From Moniliella sp. 'wahieum' (lineage: Eukaryota), in contig RSEE01000120.1 of assembly GCA_003971905.1 (NCBI GenBank), positions 1-64,000 of the forward strand: 64,000 nt of DNA, in the 5' to 3' direction. Each line of letters starts with the position of its first letter. Position 1 is the stretch's first letter. Made by a program: the position numbers and the translations under genes. The notes beneath the pieces were generated by a model, which made no database searches, was not told the origin of the DNA, and saw nothing but the letters and a program-made list of their open reading frames with translations. Positions 53,372 through 64,000 of the stretch are shown here, one piece after another.

Positions 53372-54044
53372 CGGCAAACGCTAGCGGGACCAAGATGGTA
53401 AGAGAGCGACCTCACAACGACGAGCAAACGTGCGGCACAAACGGACGTGCACAGCAGCAAAGGCACAGCCGAAGGGCTGCAGCGAGCAACGACGGCAGAG
53501 ATGGTGGGGTGCCAGGAGCAGTGAGCCTCTCTAGCCGCTGACCCGATGACGCCCTGGTTTGCTCCGAGAGGCACCGCGTGGCAATGGGTTAGTGTGGCTG
53601 GCGGGTCACATGTCATGCACCAGGCTTTTCGGCTTCAGGCTTCAGGCACACATGTGTGAGGCTCAACTCCCTATTCAGGATTGAAACGTTGACCACCGTC
53701 GGTGCTGCAACGCTGGCGATCTTCCGCGTTACGAATCAAATGTTTCGACAAGGCATAGGATTCGAACGTTCAACATTAAATTGCCGCCGCCAAACTGTTT
53801 TGCCGCCAGAAGCGCGAATGATCTTATCGATGCCAAGCCTCGAAGAGCTCGTGAACATGGTCAACATACCTTTTTACTTCTACTTGTACTTACTACAGCA
53901 GCACTTCCACCAGACTGCAGAGATTCGCATGGCTATGTGTACGCAATCAAGACAAAAGGGTGTGGAAACCTCGCCAGTGCACAGCTTCGCTCCAATGGAT
54001 ATATTTAGTTACTAGAGGGCATGTGTGTGGAGATAGCAAGCAGT

Positions 54045-55073
54045 TTAAAGGGTGGCAGGGTCAAAGACGAAGCGGTACTTGACGTCGCTGTTCTCGAGGC
54101 GCTCCCAGACGTGGTTGATGTCCTTGTAGCTCACCTTCTCGACGGTGGCAGTGATGTTGTGCTTGCCGCAGAAGTCAAGCATCTCCTGGGTCTCCTTGAT
54201 ACCGCCAATGAGCGAACCAGCCAGCATCTTGTTCCCCATCACGAGGCCAGCAGTGTTGAAGTTGGGGGGCCCAAGTGGCCGGCAAGGGCCATGGTGCCGT
54301 GAGGCTTGAGGAGGGCCACGTAGTCAGCCAGGTTGTGGTCGACAGAGATAGTGTCAATGATGATGTCGAACGTGCCAGCTGCCGCCTTCATCTGCTCGGG
54401 ATCAGTGATGATGAGCAGGTTGTCGGCACCGAGGGACTTGGCCTCCTTGCCCTTGGACTCAGAGCGAGACGAGACAGTGACCTCGGCACCCATGGCGTGG
54501 GCAATCTTGATGGCCATGTGGCCCAGACCGCCAAGCCGGCAACGAGGACCTTCTTACCCGGGCCAGCCCCAAAGCGGGCCAACGGAGAGTAGGTGGTAAT
54601 GCCAGCGCACAGGAGAGGGGCAGCGCCAAAGGCGTCAAGGTTCTCAGGCACCTTCAGAACAAAGTCGCCACGAAAGACAATGCTCTGCGAGTAGCCACCA
54701 GCAGTGCGCGAGCCGTCAACACGGTCCTTACTGTTGTACGTCATGGTCGCACCCTCGTGGCAGAACTGTTCCTCGGAGTGGTTGCACTGCTCGCAGTGCT
54801 TGCACGAGTCAACCATGCAGCCAACGCCGACGTAGTCCCCCTTCTTGTACCGAGGGTCGCGCGATTCGGTCACGCGGCCCACAATCTCGTGGCCACAATG
54901 ACAGGGTATTGGATGGGGCCCCAGTCGCCACGGCAGTGTGGAGGTCATGCAGAAACCGGAAGCAGTGATGTCAATCGCCACATCGTTCTCACGCAAGTCG
55001 CGGCGTTCGATGGTGCCAGGGACAGAGGGCCGGTGGCATCGTTGACCTGGTAGACCTTGACAGTGGTGGGCAT
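54045..55073 (-). CDS. NADP-dependent Zn alcohol dehydrogenase (cinnamyl-ADH/Adh6-like); frameshifted
   Basis: GHEIVG, VGVGCMVDSCKHCEQC..EEQFC, GGYS, AAPLLCAGITTYSPL, GSLIGGIKETQEMLDFC, DVKYRFVFD. Confidence 0.93.
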
Positions 55074-55327
55074 GATGGCTGTGGGGGATAATAGGTCAGT
55101 CGCGCCCGACAATACCATCAAGATGGCCCGTTTTGAAATGGAATCGGATCAACGACTACTATGGAGAAACAAACAGAAGAGTGGAGAGGCTTGTTGGGGG
55201 GGTGGACGAAGAGGCGATGGTCTGTCGCCGCGTGGTATTTATACCTCGTGTGCCCAAGAGGATGGGAAGAGATGTCGTGTGTTGAATATTGAATGTTGCT
55301 GGAGGGGGGCATGCTAGCGCTGTGCAT

Positions 55328-56740
55328 CCATGAACGTCACGCGTCATGAACAACAGAGGAAGTTTTCAGGATGCATGATGATGGTGACCGGTGACCGGCG
55401 AATGCCGCATGATAGTGACCGAGTGACTAGTGACTAGGTGACTAGGTGACTGGGACCACCCACCGTGCCGGTGATTGATGGCCGCGACCGGTCGCCAACC
55501 ACCGAACACCCATTCTGTCGACTAGTGATCATCACTAGTCGGCTTCGGCCGCAACCATCATTTTGATCCGCAGAGGTAGCCCCGGATCGGGGAGAACAGG
55601 AGAACCAGAAGGAGTGAAGCGTAAAGCTTGAAGCCACCCTGAGCCTGAGCTCAGCTGGCTTGAGCCACGGTCCCAGATTCTCATTCTCACCGGTCACCGG
55701 TCACCGGCCACTGATCACCGGTTTACGTTTTACCGGCGGCCAAGTCGTCAACTCGTAACGCGCGTAACGTGTAACAGCATCCAGAAGTCCCAAGGTGGCT
55801 CTCGAACAGTGCCAGGCCGCACTGCGCCACCGCCGCGGCTGCGTTACGCGTCGCGTTATATCTGCTGACGCTGACGCGCGCTAACGTCTAACGCTGACGC
55901 TCTGATGCATGATGCATGATGTCTGGTTGACGTTTAGGCCGTTTAGGTCTTAGATCTTTGAGTTGCAGCAGGCCGCAGCTTGCCGCTTGCAGCGGCCTCA
56001 GGTCACCGGTCACCGTCCGGAGCTTCAGAGCTCCCACAGTCATGCTTTGCTTCACTTTCAAATTTCAATCCCACGACTCCTGCATCATGCATCATGCATC
56101 ATGCACATCATGCCCTCAGACGTATGCATCATCGATCCTCCGCATCGGCCTCACTCGATACCGAGTAAGCTAGTAACCAACCCAGTGCCGTGAAAATGTG
56201 CGATGCATCCGATGCATCGTGCTGCATGATGCATGATGCATAATCGATGATCATGCACGTCAGCGCACTGTCACATGTCTGGGCACATCCCCTGTCCCAT
56301 GACCCTGGGGCCTAAGCCTTAGGCCTTAGGCCTTAGGAAAACAAACGTTTACGTTTACGTTCACCGTTTGACCCGTTTATCGCCGTAAGCTGATAATGTG
56401 TAAGCGCGTAAACGGATCACGCATTGCACATCAAGTATCATACATATCATGCATCATGCACCACGTCAAGGCCCAAGCTCCAAGCTACCTGCCTGTCGTG
56501 CATGTTACCTGACAGCTCGGCGCCAGTAGCCATGCAGTTACGAAAGCGAAGGTCAAAGCACTGATGGCTCAGTCTGAGTGTTTCTTCGTCGAGCTTCGCC
56601 GCAGGTGGAGCATCTGCCACTGTGGCTGGTGTGCGGGGTCCTGAGCCGCGTGCTAGGCAAACCGCCATTGGACGTTGAAGCGCTGATGCATGCCGTGTGA
56701 CATGTGATGCATGATGCATGCATGATGCTTGAAGCGTATA
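55328..56740. repeat. Dense cluster of (TNA + 4-bp palindrome) heptamer arrays
   Basis: TCA CGCG TCA 55337; TGA CCGG TGA CCGG 55385; TGA CTAG TGA CTAG 55424; (TCA CCGG)3 55687; TGA TGCA TGA TGCA TGA 55903; TTA GGCC TTA GGCC TTA 56319; TGA CATG TGA TGCA TGA TGCA 56698. Confidence 0.9.
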
Positions 56741-57271
56741 AGACAGTGTGGCGTATTGGGCGATCGAAGGCGGGCAGGAGAGGCGTTTTTTTTGCGGGGA
56801 TATGTAGCAACCAGAACGAGAGAGCTACACGGTAAGAGGAAGCTACTGCTTGCTAGTTTAATTCGGAGTCCGCGGAGCCTCTTCGCTGGGGCTATATTAG
56901 GGACGAGGAGACCATCACCGGGGCCTACGGCCCGGTCAGCTGAGGCTTCGCCCCAGCTTGGTGCCGCGTCGCCACCGTAGCCACCGCTCCCCCTGTCTAC
57001 CGTTCCACGCTGGAACCCAAAGTAATATCACCGTTATACTTGCTGGTGGCTGGAGTGGCTCTGGCTGCCACGCCGCCGGCGGTTTCCGGCGGTTTACGTG
57101 AGAGACATATGTAAAAGTGTGCATGGGCGTTTCCCGTTTTTTTATCTAGTTTTTTAAGTGGCTGACCAAGTGGCGTAGCGACTTGTGAGTCCGAAAGGGC
57201 ACCACGAGACATGGGGAAGTCGATCACCGTCGCAAAACACTGGGCAATCCTGCAATAAAAGGTTTGTGGAC

Positions 57272-57387
57272 TATATTCCCCACCTCCCACATCTTTGTCA
57301 ATCCATATACACAGTATATATTCCCCACCTCCCACATCTTTGTCAATCCATATACACAGTAATCTTTGTCAATCCATATACACAGTA
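57272..57387. repeat. 45-bp perfect tandem repeat (2 copies plus a 26-bp partial)
   Basis: TATATTCCCCACCTCCCACATCTTTGTCAATCCATATACACAGTA at 57272 and 57317; partial copy from 57362. Confidence 0.9.
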
Positions 57388-58235
57388 TAGAGGCAAACGC
57401 TCTTCTGTTTTGCTTTTTCGTTTGCTCTCCACCGTTTCGCCCCTCAGCTTTCTATCTTGCTTCAGCTCCACCTTGCCAATAACTGCTGTAGGTGTTCGGT
57501 TATAATTTTCTTGTAACAAGTCTCTCCGTGGATTTTTTTCTTGTAACATCCACACTGCAAAAGTGTTACAGGCTGCTGATGGTAGTATACTTGAGGCAGC
57601 ACTGGGCACACGAAAGCGTATCCTGCTGTGTCGCGATGACGGTAAAAGACGTATTGCTTAAAATAGGGCAGTATAAGAGCCTCATCGCGGCACGTATATA
57701 ACAATCACTACCGCATATATGGTACACCCACACGTATATAAAAAAGAGAGATAGAAAATGGGTTCGTCCCAAAAGGTATCTCGCATAGCACCAGCACCAC
57801 AAACGGGAGGGGGGCACGGCTCATCGACACGCAGAATCATGATCATTCACTCTATAATCGTGTTTCTTCCTGATTTTCTGTCACTATTCAGGCTATTTCT
57901 TTGCCGCCAACTGATCGCTAAACGAGACTGGACCGCATAGATCTGTAGGGCTCGAATATGTCTCATTCAGACTTTGGCTATTGCCATGGTACACAGGGGT
58001 AAGAGAAAAACATCAACACATTCAATGGGCACATAGGGGCTGAAGACCACAATCTCATAAAACAAATGAATACCCGAGAAGCAATATGGGATGAGGAGAA
58101 TAGAGGCGAGAAATGCGAAAAGGACGCGTATAACATGCACTGTATCGGTGTTGTACAGCACCAGGGGGACAAGACTTTCTTCGGCCATTCCTCCGCTCAT
58201 GATGCAATGAGAGTAGGGAAAAGAAATGGACGTTA

Positions 58236-60263
58236 TTAACCGTTATTACTTGGACCGCAACATGTTGGTGCGCCATGGCCAGTGGAGCGAGCCAGGTGGA
58301 TGTACCATATCTTAGTCACAGCAGAGTTGCAAAACGTGATGCTCCTTTCTCCCATCGCTTTGTCGTCCCCTTTTTGTTGGGGAAGGAAGACAGAAATGGA
58401 ACTTGTCCCTGTTGATGAGCCACTAGACGCGGAGGAAACCAAGTTGTATTGGGGTTTATGGGAGTGGAACACGCAGCCTCGGATATCCAATATCTGCCAT
58501 TGATCGTGTAGATCAACAGGCGAGTAGAATACCAATCCGTTGTCAAACAAAACTGTAAGCAACGGATATTCTCTCCCAGCTTCTTCATCGAACGGCATGC
58601 TTGTCCATTCCGCAAGGTGAGGATGGCCGAGCTTCCGGTGCATTTTCCGGGGATATGGCGCAACTGTCCATCAATTTCTTGAGAAACTCGGCGGCCTCAT
58701 TAAAGGTCATAAAATTGCCCTTTGACCCTGGTAGGGCAGGGAGGACTTGTTCAACGTGACGGATCTGTTCAGAGATGTTCTCCTGGAGAGAATAGTCATC
58801 TCCTGCATGGCAATGTATGGACGTGTTGCAGACCGGCATGACGACACGACTGATTGGGTGGACATCCGATGAACGACCGCTCGCGGGATCCACTGTTGGG
58901 GTAAACTCCTTTTCTGGCAATGAGAACACCGGTCTTTTGGAGTTGTCTTCATCTAATCCGAGTCGTGCCAAAAGATTTTGCACCGTCTCGGGCTGGATAG
59001 GAAGCGGGGGCAGGGGGTAGGCTGGAGGGGTGAGAGAGTAGGAAGTGTGTATCTGTTCTGTACCGTTGAGAACGATACACCATTCGGGCTGCTTTCAACT
59101 GATGAAGGGGCGGAGGTTATACGGAGTGACTCTGGTTGAGCCTTGCCTTGAACCCGACGGAACCCCTGTCGGCTCGTACGCAGTGAATCCTCCTCTCGCC
59201 CCACCCTAGAGACAGGTCTGGATTGGGATCTTGCGGAGCTGTGAAGGGAGTTCCGGAAGGTTTCGGATCCGGGGGGTGGAGAGGTTTCCAGAGGGGATCC
59301 CGTAGTCTTTGTTGCACGCACTGTACCAGATGACTCAATGGCCAAACCCGTCCGCATCCTCTGAAGAGGATTATGGGAATTCTTGTGTATTTCCTTGTGA
59401 CCGCATGACGTGCAAGAAGGATCTTCTTCAGAGACGTGGGAGAATAGGCATTCGGTGCATACTTCACAAAGATGCACCTGGGGTTCGGCCCGTTGGACCG
59501 AATCCAGAGGATAAATCGCGGGGAGGCTTGCGGCGCTTCTCTTGTGAGAGTAGGTCTGTGTTCGACACAACGAATAAGATGTTGGGGAGCATCGTACCAT
59601 GTCTGGGGTAAGACTCCCATTGGTTTTAATACCTGCGGCAGAAAGGCAATGATGGTCCGTTTGAACTGAGAGCATCTGTCGCTCTTCGTTCCTGGCACTC
59701 GATATGGATGACAGAGTGGTGACTGCGTCGCATGACTTAGTTGTCCTGTGCCCCAGCAAGCAGCCACGCAAACTGGAGGGATAGGGCTTCCTGCCCGTTA
59801 TCATCCCCTTCGGAGGAGGAAGCAATGATTGGTTGGTGTTCAATGAAGCGAAGAACGCAGTTTGGGGAGACTGCCCCGTTTGGACCGCGTTCGTTGTCAT
59901 AATGCTGTCTTCCGCCATGCGTTGGGTCCTCTTGGCTGGATAATGAGTAGCGGGAGAGAAGAAAGAGGTGGAAGGACGTTCTCCCCAATAAGTCCTAGAT
60001 GAAGCACTTGAACTCAAGCCGAGTCGCTTGTCTTCGTCATTGGTATTATGGGGAGGAGCGAAGAGACAGGGTGGTCCATTGGGGATGTTCCGAGTGCGAG
60101 TACCTGAGCAGCATGTTTGAGGAGAGATGTTGCCCTCTGCCGCTGATGCTGGGGAGGGGTGTTTATTGCTGGACAACTGCTTGGGTACGACGTACGACTG
60201 CTTGCTCCCGCGGACGAAGTCCGAGGTGAACAAGAATCACTGGTGGAAGAGAGAGGGTGCCAT
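58236..60263 (-). CDS. Hypothetical protein: Ser-rich N-terminus, CxxC..CxxC motif, possible C-terminal PH-like domain; frameshifted
   Basis: Consecutive overlapping minus-strand ORFs 58953-60233, 58585-58983 and 58236-58643; pyrimidine-rich leader and TATAAT near 60619-60624. Confidence 0.5.
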
Positions 60264-61733
60264 ACTCTCCATGAGGCATGGGTGGAAGAAGACGTTGTTG
60301 CTGAGAAGAGGGGGCTGGGACGAGGGGCTGATGAAGAAGACGAAGGGAAAAGCGACACCGAGAACGGCAAAATGACTGCTGGAGAGATATGAGGTGAAGG
60401 TGGTGAGAGAAGTGGAGTGAAATGAGGAAGAGGGCAAGGCAAATATACGCGAGAGAAATGATAAGAGCCTCTTCTCTTTGTGCCTGGCGTTTAATGGTTT
60501 TGAGGAAAAATACGGCCGGAGGGGAGGACAGCACACAGGTGTGTGGGAATCCATCAGAGCCGGTATCCTTTTGGTGTGTATCCTTTCTTCAGACCACAAT
60601 TGCGACAACCCCCCTCGTATTATAGCCCCCTCTGTTCAGTATTCTCTTGACTACTAACAACTGTAACATATGACTAGTGACTAGTTACGCTTCTTTTTCC
60701 AGACCGTCACAAACCGTATCGTTACTAATTGCCTATGTGGAAGGGGTATTTTGATTTTGTTGAATGCTTCTCTCCGTGTAGTTGTGTTGGTCGCAAAAGA
60801 GAGGCGTGATACATTAAATGTGGTAGTACGTGGCAAAAGGCCAGTCGCTGTAGTGATTTCGCGTTTCACTCACCTAGTTAGTATATACTGCCAAGCACCA
60901 ATCCCTTTCCAGCAAAAGATGTTTTCAGTTGCCTGTGTGATATACACATGCAGACCACACAATACAAGAGAAACGCAACTTCTACTTAGATCATTATGCA
61001 GCTTAGCTATACAGAAGCTTATAACCCCTAATAACAAGCTTCACTGGCACCCTGCCGGACGACTGAGAGAGTTTTGGGACTATCAACATTGGGGATACGC
61101 TCTTCAAGTTGTCCAAGCTGCATGAGCCATGAGTGCATGAGCGCCTTGAGCAGTAGCTTGAGCAGGGCCTGCAGCTTTGGCAGCTGCACGGCAAGAAAAC
61201 CCCCATTTTAATTATTTCTTGGTCTCCTTACTATATGATTACAGTGGCCAAAAAAGAACAAGGGCTCTTCTGTCGTTTGTTGAGAGCGCGGGCAGAGATG
61301 GATATGCGATGGGTATAGGAGACAAGGAAGTCCGGCCGCAAACGGTTTGATGGTCGCGAAGAGATAGTATGAAGTGCGACGGATATGTGGCGGAAGCTGA
61401 GGACGCCCGCGCAGGCGGAGGCCTTGATGTCGAGGCTATAGGAGCGTACTGAACGCCTCTGTAAGTGCGGATGGTAAGCGACTGAGTAAAAATGCACGCC
61501 TTCAATCGTTCAAACGAGGCCAGATGGTCTGTGCGCGATCAGTTCAACTTGGGATTGATATTGCAAGAGCTAACGCCTGCTTGGGGTTATAAGTGCACCG
61601 CGGGCTGGCTAGGCTGGCTGTTGTACTGCGCCACAAGTGCGCCACACACATGCAGTGTCTCCTCAAGCTTCACGGACACCTTCGCCGCATCGCCGCCGCT
61701 TTCATCACCACCACATCTGCTCGATCTTGGATC

Positions 61734-63253
61734 ATGCTTTCTGCTGCACTGCGCATCGCCTCTCGCTCTTCCCGTACGATCCTCATTCCGGGCGCAGCTC
61801 GCGGACTGGCTAGCTCCTGTCATGCCATGGCACTGCAAAAGTTTGCCTTCCCAGCCATGTCACCCACAATGACCGAGGGCGGCCTAGCCAAATGGCATGT
61901 CAAGCCTGGCGACACTTTTTCTTCAGGCGATGCTTCTCGAGATCGAAACGGACAAGGCTACAATGGACGTTGAGGCTGCCGAGGATGGAGTCATGGCCAA
62001 GATTCTGGTACGTGCCCTTGCTTCGTTTACCCCCACGCCTTTTTTAAAACGCCTCTGATTATTCGTCTCTAGGTTCCCGACGGTGCCAAGGAAGTCAAGG
62101 TAAACAGTACCATTGCCATAATTGGTGAGCAAGGGGATGATATCAGTGCGCAGATGCCATCGCTGCCGATGAGTCGCTTAAAGAGACCGCCGACGGGGTC
62201 CAGGCTGCCCTGCCCCTGCTCCTGCTCCTGCCACCGCTCCGCCCCCCCTCCTGAAGCCACCAAGTCCACATCTCCTTCCTCAGATCCCAAGCCTGTGCCT
62301 AGCTCTTCTCCTTCTCATCTTCTACACCACCTCTAGCTCGCGTATTTTCGCCTCTCCTCTTGCGCGTAAAATCGCCCAGGAGAAGGGTGTGCCCTTGGGG
62401 CAACTCAAAGGCACAGGTCCTAATGGACGTATCATCGAGGCGGATGTAGAAGCGTACAAGCCCGTCTCAGTCCTTCTGTGCCTCCGAAGCCAAAGAGTGG
62501 GGCCCTCTCCCTTCCCTTGATGGACCCGCTGCTGCTACATTACTGATCTTCCTGTCTCCAACATGCGGCGGACCATTGCTGCCCGTCTCTCGGAGAGCAA
62601 GCAGCAACTGCCACATTACTATGTGTCGATTGACGTGGAGATGGATCGGGTGCTGCGGCTCCGGGAATTGTTTAACGCAGCATCGGCCGAGCAGGCTCGG
62701 GGAGACAAGGACAAGATCAAGGCCGCAAAGTTGTCGGTTGGGGACTTTATTACCAAGCCACCTCAGTCGCGTTGCAGCAGTGCCGAGGTGAATGCGGCAT
62801 GGTATGGCGATACTATCCGTCAGCATCACGTGGCTGATATCTCGATCGCTGTCGCCACACCCACTGGCCTGATTACGCCCATTATCCACAATGTGGGTGC
62901 TAAGGGTCTCGCAGTCATTTCGTCCAGCACGAAGGAGCTGGCTGCTAAAGCTCGGGCGGGTAAGTTGGCCCCCTCGGAGTACCAGGGTGGCACGTTTACC
63001 ATCTCCAATATGGGAATGTTTGGCATCTCTCATTTTACTGCCATCATCAACCCGCCCCAGAGCGCAATCCTGGCTATTGGTGGGACTGACCAGCGTTTGG
63101 TGCCGGACCCTTCGTCGGAAAGGGCTTCAAGACGGTGCCGGTTATGCAGGCGACGTTGTCGTCAGACCATCGGTGATTGATGGCGCAACGGCAGCACGCT
63201 GGATGAAGGCGTTCAAGGATACATTGGAGAATCCGTTGTCGTTGATGCTTTGA
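61734..63253 (+). CDS. LAT1: Pyruvate dehydrogenase E2, dihydrolipoamide acetyltransferase; intron about 62008-62072; frameshifted
   Basis: Presequence, PAMSPTMTEGG, EIETDKATMDVE (lipoyl Lys), FASPLARKIA, GTGPNGRII, MRRTIAARLSESKQ, YQGGTFTISNMGM, AIINPPQSAILAIG, DH..IDGA, ENPLSLML. Confidence 0.96.
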
Positions 63254-63538
63254 TTGGTGTCACTACCCTGCCACGGTACTTGTTTTTGTTTCGATCCTCT
63301 CGCTGGCTGGATCATGTGCCTGGACCGTCATCTCATTTTTAGTTTGCTCTTTACGATCCTCACGACGCTCTTCACGACACACTATTACCTCCATCTCCTT
63401 CACGTTACCCACAGTACCTCCATCTCTCAATATCTATCTTGCCTACCACTACGTTCTCTTTCTGCCCTCAGAATAATTCGCGCATAACGGCATAGATTCG
63501 CCATAGAAGAACAATGGCTGCCACGTGACAGCACCTGA

Positions 63539-63669
63539 TTACTTGGAGCGGGCACGCATCTTTCTGCGTTTACGGCGGAGACGGCGCATGCGTTTCTTCC
63601 TCCACTTTGCGCGCACTGGCAGACGAGGGGTTATGCAACTGCATGGACACAAAGGGATGAAACCATACT
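63539..63669 (-). CDS. RPL41: Ribosomal protein L41 (eL41/eS32), 25 aa; intron 63616-63668 splits the start codon
   Basis: Splicing GTATGG..CAG gives A|TG CGC GCA AAG TGG = MRAKWRKKRMRRLRRKRRKMRARSK-TAA. TATA-like TATATA at about 63740-63747. Confidence 0.93.
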
Positions 63670-64000
63670 TGTCGACAGGTCGTAGTATGCGCACGGGTGG
63701 TGGTGGGGGGAAGGGCAGCGCCGCCCTACGTTCCGTCCCTATATATAGCTCCAGCAAGCCCTGTCCGGGGGCTGGTCTGTGCCACCGACAGTGACGTCGT
63801 CAATCCGTTCGAACCACTCAGCCATGTTTCAATTTCACAGCACCAGGCCTCCCATAGCGCCTGGGGTTGTGGTTGGTGGCGGCTGCAGTGTCTGCTGTGG
63901 TCCATGCGTCCACCGTCACGCGTCACACACCTCATCATGCATATTTGCGTGGGGCAGCTTACGCGAGCGCAGGGCTAATTGTGTGGGGTTGTGCCCCAGA

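Noticed and set aside
57182..57208. TGAGTCCGAAAGGGC as hammerhead ribozyme stem II
   Set aside because: The catalytic CUGANGA and GAAA core boxes are absent.
57160..57240. tRNA gene (A-box-like TGACCAAGTGG)
   Set aside because: No GTTCRA B-box and no cloverleaf.
57272..57387. 45-bp direct repeats as a CRISPR array
   Set aside because: The copies are directly adjacent with no unique spacers, the context is eukaryotic and there are no cas genes.

Overview
GC-rich, intron-poor fungal nuclear DNA, most likely a basidiomycete of the Ustilaginomycotina type (inferred from compact gene spacing and short GT..AG introns with CTRAC branch points). It holds about 19 protein-coding loci: a DUF726/TMCO4-Mil1-like protein, a Pcl/Clg1-type cyclin, a secreted RlpA/expansin-like protein, fused tryptophan synthase, a NIPA Mg2+ transporter, an SRPK/Sky1 kinase, a PPR protein, VPS9, VPS60, RPB7, a CCCH zinc-finger protein, a GLTSCR1-domain protein, RAD17, GDA1, an NADP-dependent ADH, pyruvate dehydrogenase E2, RPL41 and two orphans. 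There are also isolated KRE6 and glycerol-kinase fragments and a U2 snRNA gene. Almost every long gene carries 1-bp frameshifts, best explained by an unpolished long-read consensus, so CDS limits are approximate. The most striking unexplained signal is an intergenic 7-bp grammar, (TNA + 4-bp palindrome)n, recurring with at least 12 different palindromic spacers and densest at 55.3-56.7 kb. Other leads are a ~2 kb segment with a truncated KRE6 bracketed by inward-facing TTAGGG dimers, a candidate structured element at 56.8-57.2 kb, a variant U2 and an intron that splits the RPL41 start codon.
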